A stretch of DNA of 64,000 bases from Botryllus schlosseri (Eukaryota). The DNA lies in the NCBI GenBank assembly GCA_051294905.1, contig CM119373.1, positions 3,288,001 to 3,352,000 of the forward strand, given 5' to 3'. The notes under the pieces are model-generated. The model had not been told where the DNA came from. It ran no database searches and saw only the letters and a list, made by a program, of their open reading frames with translations. Shown here one piece after another: positions 1-14,900 of this stretch. The translations under genes and the position numbers were made by a program. How positions within the stretch are numbered: the first letter of the stretch is position 1; each line of letters opens with the position of its first letter.

Positions 1-2967
1 AGAATGCATCCATAGAGAAATCCTACATTGAAGTATTCAGATATTCGTGCGTTTGGATGTGTTGAACTATTACATCTAATTCGATGTTCATCATACTTCG
101 ATTCTATATACTCACTTACTCCAGTTCTGGGTATTTTTAGCTAATTTCGAACTTATATTGCGTCCGGGAAGTCATAGTCATATGCCAACACTGGAGCAGG
201 GATTGTGCAGATCCAAAAATTACGACACACGAAATAGAAAATAGTATTGTTAAAACTGAGATGGCGACACTGTGAACACTTTCTTTGTGAATTCGGTCTT
301 AGTCTACATCACAGATCCTCATGAGGTTGATGGATGTCCAATGTCTATCTTCCAATTCCAATGTCCTCATTAAATGAACAGGACATAGTTCGATTATAGG
401 GATAATTCGAACCTGAATTTTCAATTATCATTTGGTTGTCTGCGACGTACAGTCAAGGCCAAGTTCCAATTCGTTTATATGTAGGGCGAAGACGTGATAG
501 GGCAACTTGATATTCTTTTGGTTGAGCGTATAAGCATTCAACCTGCCTGTATTCATTCGTGAATCAGTAAAATATATCCAGACCAATTGTGTGACAGGAT
601 AGTTTGATTCGTGAAATATTATCCTTCGTTATAGTGCAGGTACTCATTATGCAGATCCACATAAAGGAGGAATTGCGGATGCATCAAAATAACTCCTTCA
701 ATAGACGAATTTGCATCGCAATTTGAGTGTGATGTGGCTATATACCGAGAAATTGGCCGTATTTTGTGAACGAGCTGTCGAGCGCTCTTCCGAGATTGGA
801 ATTACATTTGCGCTTTTGCTGCAGTGTATTCCGAGTCAATAATAAGCTATTCTTTTGGCAGTATGGCATTGCTTTTCGACGTCTTGATGGGTATGGAAAT
901 ATTGAGCTTAAATACACAATGACAGGGTCTCTCTAAACGGGGTATGTAAATTGCTACGTAGCCTACTGCAGATCTCGGATTAGCTCTAACATAAACAATG
1001 AAGGTTACGTAGGCTAATTAGTCGAGCGTAGCGTTACGTGAAGGTTATGTGATTAGTGCTATTATTATCTGACTGCAAAATGATCTGCTGACTCTAATAA
1101 TTTCTAGGACTATTCTATATAGTACGGTAAATTCGTATCCAGCAGTGTCAAAAATATGTATGGAGAGTATTTTACATTTACAGTTGTGACTTGACTTTTC
1201 AAGCATACGCAATGCGCATGATAAAGAAAATCTTCGTCCTATAGGCCAACGTTCCGTTGAATATAATTTACGCGTGTGCATTTCCAAAACACTACCCAAG
1301 AAATGATTTACTCGTGAAGTAGGTTCAGCTCATTCGTCGCGGAGAAATGAGTATATACATATTTAGTTTCGTGTTGTGTCTTTCAATTGAGTGCACGTTA
1401 TGCATTGTTATTTAGAGGGGAGAGCCATATACAGATATTTCAAAATGGTACGCAGACACACAAAAAATGAGAATGTCTGCATTAGGACAGACTCGATACT
1501 TCTCAACGATATCTCAATTGCTGTCATTCAGACGCATTTGCATTTTTCTTTCAGACATAAGAGACAACCTGTCGTTGGCCACATTCACTCCCATACTTTC
1601 ATATTGCATTGGTAGAAATATATAATTTGTAACCATGCCATTCTACGGTGGTGGAGATATGCGGATATGTCATAGATCTCTACACGGAATAATGTGGGGA
1701 AAGCTGCAAAGCTATGGAAATGAGATAGCGATTGTAAGTAGTATTGTAAGCCCTTCCGTGTCCTGCAATAAATACGCATAAATTAGAACGGAAACCCCAG
1801 AATAGCGTCAAATACAATGCACCGTGAAAATGTGATCTTTAATTTCTTGTAGATGTAGAAACTATACGAGTGCATGTATTCTATTACACTTGCTGACGAT
1901 GCGCAAAATGTAATAGATGTGTGAAAATGACCAATCATTATTGTATCGCAGGCGGACTTGGATAGCTAGATTGTTCTAATTAGACCAGGGGCGGCCAACC
2001 CGTGGCCCGCGAGGTAATTCTCGGAATTAGTCATATTATCACAGAAATAAATTACCCAGGAAAGTTATTGTGAATTTTCAAAAATTTGATCAACCTGGCC
2101 GCGAAAGCTGGAACATTTACGACTAAAATACCAGTTCCGACACATTATTGCAATCAGGGGCCAGCCACATCTTCGTAGATTTTTGTATATGACCATCAAG
2201 TAGAATATTTTGTGGCCGATTTATTTGATTTCTTTCTTTTAGTATTGGTGTCTGAAAATCAAAGATTAAAAATACGCCTAATTTGCAGAATTGAGTCTAA
2301 CTATATTCGCAATTATGAGAGAATAGAATGTGTCATGCAACATGCGACTTCGCGTGTGCACTCGCAGAAATATCGTCAGCGATGAAACCTTGGCACAAAA
2401 TGATAGACGCATGTTCGCCGAAATCTTCGATATTGATATGTCCGAGCGCCGGTTAATCCTATCCTTGCCAAATTAGCGCAGCGGTATATATAATGGCGAC
2501 CCGCAATACCTGCAAGTGACATTATTTTTGACCGAATTCATTCATTACCCTTGAAGAAATTTAGCGCTTCGCGTGGCTAGGACATGGTCGCACACAGAGT
2601 TTTCATGTCATAATTATTATCGATATTGATGCGTAGCAATAAAAATCTTGTTTTCCCCTTTACCTAATCCGATTCGCTCCTAATCTCTGGTTTCCTGAAA
2701 ATGTTGGAGAATAACTGTATTGTGCGAAATGAGACCAGCTTGATGTACAGACATTTTTCATTCTCGTGCTCTTGAGAACTAAACTCTGATCTGATGTGAA
2801 CTGAACTTGATGATTGCTATGTTTATTTCTAAGTCGAATTCAATTTCCTCGTTTTTGCGAAGTCAGTAGTTCTAATGCCAATGAAATTTGAAAATCTGTG
2901 TAGCTATATTTTTAATTCGAATCTGGGGAAAGCTGAACATTTTCTAGTTGTCCAATTCTTGTCGTAG

Positions 2968-5900
2968 GTGGACGCATCTGACGAGGGAAAGTCGATAACA
3001 TACAGGGAATTGCTGGAGAATTCCAGAAAATGCGCGGCCTATTTACAATGTCTTGGGATCAAAAAGGGAGACTACGTTTCGATTTTCTCAGCAAACAGTC
3101 TCGAGTTCGCCTATCTGACGATCGGAGTAATTGGGTCTGGAGCTGTGCTGACTCCTTGCAAAGATTTTTACCAAGAAAGTAATACGAGCGAATAGCTGTG
3201 TTGAGATAATGATTAATGTTAACATTATTTAAAGACGAAATCCTTTATGAATTCGGCATTACCAGGCCAAGAGCGGTTTTTGTGGACGAGGACCGGCTTG
3301 CCAGATTGGATGCAGTGAAGAAGAAACTCCCATTTCTCGAGGTAATAATTTCATTTTTTCGGGCAAGTAAAATAAAACATTACAAACAGCCAGGCTATAA
3401 CTAGTAAGCAACAAGGTTATAATGACTCGAGTCGTGACTCGACTTGAGTCCGATTCGAGTCGCTATTTTTGGTGACTCAACTCGACTTGAGTTTATCTGT
3501 GCACTGAATCGACTTTTACTCGAGTAACGACACTGTCGGCATTTCATCTATCAGTACTGGTACTTGAAAATGCAACCAGAAACTGTTAAAAGTGAGGAAA
3601 ATCAGTATAATATGAATGTGAAATATTCGATATCACTAAACATGACTATAACTTCGTTCCATGCATATGGGTCCAATTTTATTGCTATAGTTAACTCATT
3701 AAGGCTCAGTAACGGCCCAAAAACGCCACTGAGTCGATTTGCACCATGTGATATGGTGGAAATATAGGGAAATCTCCGAGATTTCATTTCCAGTGTGAAT
3801 TTCAATATATAATTGAATAGTTTATTCATATTGAAATGAACCCGAATATTATCGGCTGACACTCGTCAGGGGTAATCGTCAGCAACTAGTAGAGAATTGG
3901 AAAGAACATTGTAGGCCTATATCAACAATCGTATCACAAAATATGACGTCACCAGCATGAAAGAGAGGGTGTTCAATGTACTATTTTTCGGTGATACACG
4001 AACTCCTTTTGTTGACTTGTTGATTGTATACTGAAGTTCTGTACCTCCAAGAAGCTCTTCCAGTGTGAATTGTAAATCATGTTTGCAACGCTTTCCTGCA
4101 AAACATTCGACTTTCACACCCACGAGACTTGGTGCAAATGAGATAAATACGCAATAGTTACAATGCGATATGCCTGATATCATTGTGGGTTATGATAAGT
4201 GTGTCATCCGCATGAACAGAATCCAAATCACTGCATGGTTGTAGTCCCATTTCAATCGGTGTACTATATATATAACTCATTGAATCAACTGATATGGCTG
4301 AAAAGACAGAATAAGGCACTTGGTAGTAGGCCTACCACTGACTTGATCCATATGGACCTAAGCCTATTTAGTTGGCCACCTTTTTAGTTAGTGAATATCC
4401 TCCTCATCCGGATGATGCGTGGAATGTGTTATATTAATAAATCATTACATTGTTTCAGCATATTTTTGTAATTGGAAAAAGTAAAAGATACGTAACTGTC
4501 GATGAAATACTGGCAAAAGCGAAACCAGGTAAACATATTTCTTTGGGTTAAGTGGAGGTGTCAGATTCGGTTGTGTTATGGCAAGGTCTAAGGTTAAGGT
4601 TAGCGTGAGTCATTTTAAATGACTGACATATTTATACCATTCGAAGTAGTCCTGTAATGATTGTTTGACCCATTCGATTCGTTCAAGTACACCTCAAACG
4701 AGACTTTTAGTTCCGTGAAGTGATTGGGCGTGCTATATGACATGTTGAAAACGTCTGGGGCAAGTGTATGGTTTCAAACCTTTACATTCACATTTACATT
4801 CAGATTGTTGTTGTTTGCGGTATTCATGGTGTTTGTCGACTACTATGGTCATTTACACCAGGCCAATTTCTTCTTTTTTCATTCTCTAGCTGCCGACGTG
4901 TAGCACGGCCCACTCCTAGGCTTTTATAAGACACCGCTTACACCGTTAAGATGGCGTGTAGGAGCCTATATAGATAAACCTTCAACACTTAGGTAGGAAT
5001 TCTGGAGTCGACATCGGTCGGACTCCAGAATTCCTACCTAAGTGTTGAAGGTTTATCTATATAGGCTCCTACACGCCATCTTAACGGTGTAAGCGGTGTC
5101 TTGGTGTTGCAGCGGTGGGCTGTACAACTACGCTATATGTCGCCACAACATTGTCACAAAGTACAATGAAATGGATATGGTCGGTAAAACACCAAGTTAT
5201 CTCTAATTTAATGTAGAGTTGACATCATATTCTTATTGGTCCACACAAAAGGCATGCGTATTTGAGCTTCCCACATCATTAATACTGTTAATACTGTTTT
5301 AACGTCCTAATGAGTGATACTGAAATATTCTACCATACCATGCCCTGCACTCATGCGCACTCGATTTGTTCCTACCATATCTTCCAGTCTTGCAAGTAGT
5401 TACTTCTATACTTGCACTTGAGTAGAAATTTATGACTTTACCTCTATTTGCTTATCACTGATGACTACAACTGCGTCCATCCTCTGGCCGGTAGCACTCG
5501 ACTCGGAAACGAATCGGTCAAGTTTTCGATTTTACCCACTCTAACCACAAATGTCTGACAGAAACATTAAAGGAAGTCGATATTGACCCACAAAACGACC
5601 TCGTCATCGCACCGTATTCCAGCGGAACAACAGGACCCCCTAAATGCGCGTTGATTGCTCACGCAGCTCTGCTTTTAACGATCCAGTCCCAATTGTAAGT
5701 CGGAATGTTACAAAACTTTTTCGACTCGTTATTTTGCGGTTTGAATGCGTTTCGCTCGTCAGTTACACAGGCGGAGGAGGCACGTTCTACGCCGACCGGG
5801 CCATGTATCACGCGGGGGGATTTCAAAGCATTTTAGGCAATATACTCATCGGAAGAAGAATAATCATGGAGAAGGAGTTTGTGTTACAGAAATTGTTCGA

Positions 5901-8900
5901 AGACATTGAGAAATATCGAGTGAGTTACAATTTCACGGCTGCTGTCAAGTGGAATATTCCCCATATGAAGAGTACCGCTGGTCGGCTACAATACAATAGT
6001 ATGTTTTGTAATTTGCATTACTGTGGTTATATTATATTGTATATCAGCCTACTCATGGTTATAAGCACCATGAATATCAGATCGGCTAGCAATACATTTG
6101 CAGCCGACCAGTGTTCTAAGTTTTTTGACTTCGAAAGCTGTTGAGTAAAATTGGAAGCAGTCGCGGAACAACAGTCTAAGTTAGTGGTGCAAGTTTTCAT
6201 ATAGAATCACCCGTTATCTGTAAATCTGGTCAATTTGTACGCTTCCCTGTCAGATAACTGTGGCGACCTGCTTCCCGCCGACGGTAATTGAAATGATCAA
6301 TGCGAAAGACGCGGAAGATTACGATCTGTCGTCCTTGAAAATGATCATCTGCGCTGGAGCTCCAATCGCATCCGCTGCTATAGAACAAATGAGGAAGAGA
6401 TACCGTGTCACTTTTGTTGCGGGTAATAGTATTTGCGTATGATGCAATTTTCTATTTAGTAGAAGACAGGTGTCAAATAGGATACTTGACTATATAGCTG
6501 TATTAAAATGTATGAAAATTAATCACAGGAATAACTCTATCAACTAACTCGAACACAACGTAATAATACATGTATGACCTCTCTTCTAATACTTTTTTTT
6601 TATAAATGGTTCGTGGTGCAGGCTTGTACTGATACAGTTATGTTGACTTGGGCCAGGCCATCATTATCAGTGCGCGAGCCGCATGTTTTGAGAACTTTGC
6701 TGTAAAGCAGTGCTTAGCAACATTTTTCAGCTTACGACCCATCCTGTAACGCAAGTTTCATTGTGCGACCTACTATGAGATGTATGGTCGAACTAATGAG
6801 AACGTAATTCGACGCACCATGATTCGTTTGAGTAACAAGTCCAACTAGATGCCTAAAAGTGAACTTCCACGACAATTCGAGCAAACGAATGTATCGAGTT
6901 TAGACAAGACTATGCGAGATAGAAGATTGCAAACGAGAAAGCGCGCAATCAAGCAGTAATTCGTCTTTTACGTCGAACTCAAAGGGGTTCCGAGTATAGC
7001 TTGCGTCGCCGGAACTGTTAGCTGCTTATAATCGGGCATGATTGCATTTTCAAATTAACGCTCTCAAAGCCTTGTTTGTTTGTTTGTTTGTGGTATTCAT
7101 GGTGTTTGTCGACGACTATGGTCAATGGTCATTTACACCAGACCGATATTCTTCATTCTTATTCCGTAACTGCCGACTTGTAGCGCGGCACACTTTTAGG
7201 CTTTTTTAAAGACACCGATTACGCGCATGAGATGGCGAGGATAGATTCCATTTATTAAAGAAAAAATTTACGCTCCGCGCAACTAGGCCCGAAATTCACA
7301 CCGATTGTTCATCCCCTAATGTCAGCAATTTGGGCTCGTCCGAGAAACGATCGCCAAATACAAGCTATAGCAACTGGAAGCTTCCATAGTATGTGTGTGG
7401 GTGCGTCTAAGAATCGTATGTATAAAAGGGTAGTGATAAGATTGCCCATGGAAGGATGTACGGTTCTGCGAGGTGTTCCCACGTGGGAGCTTCCTAAATT
7501 CGTAAATAATTTCTAGCTACTTGGCGCTACGACCTTGCGTGTGAGCGATCTTTTGAATGGCGACAGCTTTTTCCGCCAGTCATGAAGTAACAGCAATAAA
7601 TGTTGAAGATGTATAATTAAGCGCCCCCTGAAAGTTTGATGACACCACTACTATTATCTCTACCGGTAAAACTGATAATGAAAACGTAGTTTCAATATAC
7701 AAGTGACAAAATATGATGAACCGATTTCATTAATTCACCATAAAAGATTTCGGGCTTTGCGCGAAGATGTCGACGTCCTAGTTTTCAACAAGCATAATAT
7801 TATCACATCTCTTTAATATTATTATTAATTGTGAAAATGAGACAGAGCATGTTACGCAACTAAGATGGAGGGCAGTACTCGCACGCATATTGCGCCTGCA
7901 GGGTTGTTGCATCCGAACCACTCCGAAAGGTGAGGTCGTTGGGAAAGGCCCCGGAATAAGTGGAAGCCACCTCTCTAAGCGGCTCTGTGGCCTGCGTGTA
8001 GTCGATCCATAATAATAAGGAGTTCTTGGAACCGCAACGTATTGGGATGACTGGAGAGGCCACACCGCTGCATGTCTGATTTCCGGTTGATGCGGTTCGG
8101 TGCTACAGACGAACCTGAAAGCGACAAACGCGACTGCTGTCATGATTATAAAACTTGCCACAGACCTCATGCCGAACGCCAAGTATACGCTCTCAGCTTG
8201 GCGATTTCAAACCTGACTCTATGTCAAACTATTCCGCGCTGTCGAAGAGCCAGCAGCTTTCAAGTGAGTTTGAAATCATCGTGCTGCAGATACTAATCAG
8301 GAACACAACAGTCGCTTAACGACTTTTTTTCTGACGGAATGTCTGTAAATGTCTTGCGGGCATATCGTTTAAAATACCGGACAATATTTGGGGACGATTA
8401 TACTCTCGAATATCAGTGACTGCTGCAGTCGTTATCTGCCAGAGAGATCACTAACGTCTCCACGCGTATCTGCAAACATGAACATATCGGGACGATAGAT
8501 AACCAACAGTAAATGTGAACGCCGGCGGCGAATATTCCAAAGCTTGTTTTAACTCGACGACCGTATTGTACATATATGAATCCGTTCGCACGACGCATTA
8601 TATAGTCAATTTAGGATGATAGGCCAAAACGCGTGACCGAAGACGTGGAAATAGATAAACCTCTAACACTTAGGAAGGAATTCTGGAGTCAACCTCGGTC
8701 GGACTCGAACCCGCAATCCATTGGTGTTGCAACTGTGGATTATACCACTACGCTATTAATAAGTCTCGTATTCTGATGCTGATAAGAGATGACAGACAGA
8801 CTATTCCAGCAGAAGATTTATTAGTATATAATCCCAATTACATCTGTACTAAGAAACAATGCGAGAAAGCAAGATGACTGCACTACTGTGAGCGCGAGCG

Positions 8901-11900
8901 GCAACGTACATGAGCCACGGATATCTAGAGATAGATATCCCTGATATAAGCGGTCTTCACAACTCACGTTGTGAGGCATAACTTGTGAATTCACGTAGCT
9001 TGTAGCGAGAATCAGGATATTACAAATATCTCACTACTTCTCAAAGCCTTCGGAGAAAGGAATGTATTCCGATTTTAAGGCATGCACAAAATCACACTGT
9101 CCAACTTCACGCACCAATCAAATTGATTGTCATAAAATTAATTATTATGAACACGGGAACGTGGATTACGGCACTTATGGGCGCAAAAATAATTTAGAGG
9201 AGAGCGGGTATTTAGCCGTCTAATCGTGACAAGATAAAGTGTTTAGCATATCTGGCGAATTAACTATAGATAACTGAAATTTTAGAACACTCATCGCGAC
9301 CCACATCAAATAGCTTGGCGACTCACCGGTTGGGAAGCACTGCTGTAGAGTATGGTTACCATAATTTGGAAATCTGAAAAGAGGACTCTTTTACAAAATT
9401 TTCAGACTTGCAATACCGGAGGAAAATCCTGAAACATGGGTGAATTTTTCCCACTTCGTGAGCGGTTGACTAAAAAATAGGTCAACTTACCGGTTCAAAC
9501 CCCGAATTACAGTTTTTCATTCACATTATCAGTTGGTTGACTAAAAAAAAGGTCAGCTTTCCGGCTCAGCTCCCGAAATAGCCGCCAGACCGTTGCTTCA
9601 GTGCTGATTTACTGTATCTCAGTCGAATTTTGCCGTATATTTAACCAAAGTTCTCAATAAATCGGACATTTGAGCACTTACGAAAAAGTCAAAAAAGCAT
9701 GGTTATAAATCATATGTGCCTACGTCGGCCTATGCTTTCCGGCGTCTTTGCGTGCGTAAGTTCTTTCGTACTTCATTTGTACTTATTGTAATTTGTCAAG
9801 CATCTTTTGGATTTAATGTTGCGTTTGATTTATACCGCAGTATAATTCAGAGGTTATTTTGTTTCCGTATACCTTCTTCAGAGTGTGAATACACGCACAC
9901 TCTTTGACAATGTATATTGCTAATGTCACAATGGCATGCAGTACAGAGACACGTATATAGTGCGGGCCTGATATGATGTATTCAGGTTACGCGATGACTG
10001 AGGCCGGTTTCATATCTTACGGACCGATTACAGAAGCAGATCCAATGGGAGCCGCTGGTAAAATAGAATGTGGCGTAGAAGTGAAGGTAACTTTGTTTGA
10101 ATCTGAATCGTAAGCGTTGTAGTCTAGTAATTTACGTTAATACGCAGATATCTGACGTGGAAACTGGAAAAGAATGCGAACACGGTGCTACCGGGGAGAT
10201 TCGCGTTCGCAGTCCTCAGGTAAGACCAAAATTTGAACGAAATAATAGCAGGTGAATTTGTTCAGACTGTGAAGCGTATTGGATATCATATTTGCACCCA
10301 GTGTAACTCATAGGCTTGTTTGACTGTCTTTTCTGCTAGATAGAATATATGGTATTCGCTATACGGCAGTGGTCAGGAACCTTTTTCACCCGAAGAGCCA
10401 AATTGACCCTATATTTCCCATTTCAACTCCCAAAGAGCCATACATGTCAATCAACTATTACGTCACAATCGATAAATCGTGACGTCATGGTAGCGCAAAT
10501 TCGAAATACCTACGTGAGATTCGTCATTTGCACCGTATTTTCTCTGTAAAAACTCGTACTTATCATGCTAGTTGACTTATATGAGTAATGAGTATACGAA
10601 ACTTGATTTACATGGATATTTTGCAAGTTATATATTTTAAATTACATTGCACTTGGACGGATATGATATTTTTCGAAGCTTAAGACAATTAACATTTAGA
10701 TTTCCAACAGACGTAGACACCAGTAAAAGTATTAATCTACTTTTTACACGCTTTTTACAGGCAATGCGTCTTTTGGTGGTGTTACATGGTATTCCTGATG
10801 GCTTTGTAGTCTGCTTGTTGATAATTGTTGAGGTTAAGCTTCATACAAAATTTGAGACTTCCGTCAGTGATACGAGATCGTAGGCTCGTCTTGATGCTAT
10901 TCGTAAATGCGAGGCCCCATGATGACATACGCAGGTGGATCCAAACATGCTCACCATAACAGCAGTATACATAGGCTACCCACTGTAATGCGTGATGCGT
11001 CCGTGAGGTGGGGTTAGGGGAGGCACGTAGGGCAGTGCATCCCCAGTCTACTAGATTTTGAACATTTTTACTACCAAAGTCACGCAACTTGCTAATTTAT
11101 TGTTCGAAAATAAAGCGTGAGAGGGGACGTGAGGCACGTCCGGACCATACCTTACCTGTGATAGCGCAATTAATCGTAAATATCATAGAATTTATATTAA
11201 CTGATAATAATCGAATGTAATTGTCGCACTGATTCCGATTCGACTTTACAATTCTCAAAATATTTTGCGGTAACATAACGTTGAGCCACACGCCTACATT
11301 TTAACAACGACTACAAAGCTACGTTATCAATCAAGAACGTGGATAGCTATGCCGTTGTTTGTAATTTGAATTTTTAATTGTGAACTTCCACGGCAGTTCA
11401 TATCTCGCCGAAGATCAGGAAGACAATATGTATTTGAAAACTGCGTTGTGCAATCCAAGATTTCATGGCAGGTACATCGAATTCAGGAATGGTATTGGTC
11501 GCCAGCGCGACATCAACTTGAATTTTAGAATTTTGAAAAGGGGATCTGTGCCCCTAACTCTGAATACGCCACTGAATTAACCTTTCAAATATATGTTTAA
11601 ACTGTCACAGGAATAATGATACAGGTCGTGATGAAGATTTAATAGCAAGTTGCTGCAATATTGATAAATTAGGCAAAAATAAAATAAAAAATTCGCAAAG
11701 AGCCATATCTTATGCCCAAAAGAGCCATATATGGCTCGCGAGCCATAGGTTCCCGACTACTGCTATACGGGATCATGAACGGACAGAGGCGGTCAAATTA
11801 TAGTGAGCGTTGCTACTCAAGTACAGAGGTTAAGTACCGTCGTAAATGTCTACTCAATTACAAAGTGAAATAGTCATTTCCAAGACATGCCATGACTATA

Positions 11901-14900
11901 CTTAAAGTGTAAGCATAGAAAATGACTGTCGTAAAAGTACTCAAGAAAGTAGGCCTATAGATGCGGTTGACGCGTCGCAGTCGCAGTCGCATAGCCTAGG
12001 ATATGTATGAATTACCCAAACAGGTCTTCATCAATTTCGCAAACGTTATATATTACCACACTTGGTTTACACTCTTCTCCTCACACAAGGTCACGAAAGG
12101 GTATTTGAAAAATGCCGAGGCAACTGCTACATTATATGATGAAGATGGATGGCTGAGGACTGGGGATATGGGATGGATCGACCAAAAAGGAAATCTCTGC
12201 ATTACTGCTCGAATAAAGGAAGTTATCAAGTACAAGACACTGCAGGTTAACCTCATTATACCTTCTATATACCATTGGTTACGGACAGGACCGAAACAGC
12301 ACTTCGTCAGCTCCCCTCCCAAAAAAAATTGGTCTTGGGGCCCCCATAGTGTGATAAACCAAACTTCGGGGGCTTCGCGCCCCAGACCCCCTTCAGCCTG
12401 TACGTTTTTACCGCTACTTATTAACGAGTTTTGTTGTACTGTGTAGTGGGACAGTTTATGACGCTAAACCACGGCGTGCGCGAAAAATTTCCATTATTCA
12501 TGATTGAATCGGTCAATATGATCGGGAATTGCATATATATATATATATATATTGCTATCAATTACTTATCCTCTCTCTGCACTCGTAATCAGATTTACCG
12601 GTAGAACTGAGTGAGGTGTCTTGGAAACTGTAGGGCGGGTCCGAAGGTATAATGACTTCGTTACATGGTGATTTTCGTGACCCCTGTCGGTTATGTCAAA
12701 AGATATTGAAAATCGCCCAAACGTACTAAACTAAAAGACGCACGCGATTTCAAATTGGTATTGCTCTAGCGGCAAATAATTTGTCTCTGCGGGATTGCAT
12801 TTGTCTTGTGAGGTTCAGATTGTCAGGACAGGAAAATTTGGCGCCAGACATTTAAGCGCCTACGGACAATTAAACACCAATGTGTGTATATATCGAAGTA
12901 AGCATACGGGCAGTCCTTTTCGCACAAGGTTTTCTCGCTGCTGATAGTTCTGGAACACTTCTCGGAATCGCATGTTACTGCTTCCCAATAAGAGTTAATC
13001 TATCAACGAGAATTACCGTCTCGATACTATTGTGTCACTTTGGAAGTCTTGAAACCTCGAGTGGTCGTATCGTAGCAATGGCAGCATACTAAGCATGTGG
13101 TGCAAAGCTACGCGCGTTAGTGGAAATGACATTTCTGCCCACAACATTGTCGCAAAGGCAATGCCATAGGTACGGTGTAAAATATACAGAATTACCTTGA
13201 ACGGAACTTAGAACTGGCATTTTTTTCTTTTGTGGTCGCATAGAAGGTACATATTTAAACTTCCATCACTCCTACTCTTATGCTGTCTTGATGAACGGTG
13301 GTCTATATTGCACAGCCCCAGTTATTTATTTTCCGCACTTGATATTGCAACTTCGCATTCGCAGTTAAGGAATCAATGACGAGTTCGCAATCTAACCTCT
13401 TTTCTCGTCCCGACAGATATCTCCGGCCGAGTTGGAGTCGGTAATCATTCAACATCCGGGAGTCTCAGACGTGGGTGTTGTCGGGATACCAGACGCTATG
13501 TGCGGAGAAATACCGATAGCATTCGTGGTGCCCGCCGACGGAACTCTTTCGATTCAGGACGTGCACGATATTGTCAATAGTAAGGCTTGAGATTCTCTAT
13601 GTCAGGGGTCAGGAACCTTTTCTTGTCTAAAGAGTGTGATCAGACTAGATGACCCTCACGGTCTTATCGATCATTCCTATCTAATACCGAATACTGTGCA
13701 TGCATATTTTCTGTACCACCACAACTGCCGTGTGTTATGTATTTTGGTTTGATGAAAAATAAAGACTCTCTCGCTCTCTCATAATGGCCCAATATTTTCC
13801 TTGTGAACTCCCAAAGAGCCATACATGTCAATCAACTGTTACGTCACAATTGAAATTCCGTGACGTCATCGTAGCACTAATTCGACCTCACTACATTGAA
13901 TTCGTCGCGTGTGCGCCACATTTTCTCTGTAAAAACTCGTAGGCCTACTAATCATGCTGGTTGCCTTATTTAGGCATGCGAAACTTGAGTTACGGGAACG
14001 CAGGTTTGTCCTTATGCTCCTTAAAATGGGAGAACTCATGATCACGTGCGCAGGTGGGGCTAAACATGGTCACTACAGCAGTATATATGTGTCTACCCAC
14101 CAGTGTTGGGATCAAGTCACTACCTTCGAGTCACGAGTCATTTCGAGTCATTGCCCATTTCGACTCGAGTCAAGTCAAGTCAATCGATTTTCAAAGGTGA
14201 CTCAAGTCAAGTCAAGTCACTCGATTTTCGGAGGTGACTCGAGTCAAGTCGAGTCAAGTCACAATTCAAGTCAAGTTGCCTTTTCGAAGTATGGGGCATG
14301 ATAACGTCATTGCATTTTGCTAGCTGTCTGAAATACAGATTGAGTGGTCATTGATTATGAAAATATGAACGAATATAGAAGTAAGTATACACGCAAGAAG
14401 GCGCTGTATCTCTCACGTATACGTAGAACTGCTAAACCACAGTTTATAGTTACCAGCCAAAATTGAGAATAGATACGAATTGATAGGATGCAATACATTA
14501 CCCATTTACAAATCGATATGATGCAATTCGAGCCTGCGCCAATGGTTGAGGACTATGTGAACTATACCCGAATTCAATTTAAATAAAACAAGAGGTTTGA
14601 TTAAGGTAAAAACAGAGATTAATTACTTTACTATACTAGTTTACGACGACGTAAGCTGTAAGCTTCGATCACTTCGTTTGTGGTCAGTTTATTTGTAAGG
14701 GAACAATGGGGGCTCAGTAAAACGCACGATCATTAAATGATTGGTTGCTCTCACGGTTACACCAGCGTGTCACGAACAATCCGAGCATATGCAATATTCA
14801 GTGATTTTTATCGACACCGACAACTTGATGACTTGAAATTGACTCGTGAATTTTGCTCCGAGTCACGAGTCAATCCATATTTCTGATGGGCCGAGTCAAG

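Noticed and set aside
1..1800. Possible decayed LINE or other coding remnant, or the missing first exon of the ligase
   Set aside because: The frames I read are interrupted by stops and only a weak SADH-like word was seen. No ATG exon with a suitable phase-0 donor could be supported.
8690..8760. Possible tRNA gene (A and B boxes); likewise 19660-19718
   Set aside because: No convincing acceptor stem or cloverleaf. The first continues into a SINE body with tail and TSD.
14101..14280. CAAGT/GACTCGAGTC arrays resembling a CRISPR array or satellite
   Set aside because: No constant repeat-spacer period and no cas genes. They are subterminal repeats of TIR/TSD-bounded MITEs in a eukaryotic intron.
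13954..14301. ORF-track hits in repeats (also 15569-15850, 22673-23092, 32764-33233, 37673-38308, 60701-61066)
   Set aside because: Low-complexity translations (SSQV, NPNP) of MITE repeats or foldback arms, with no splice or domain support.
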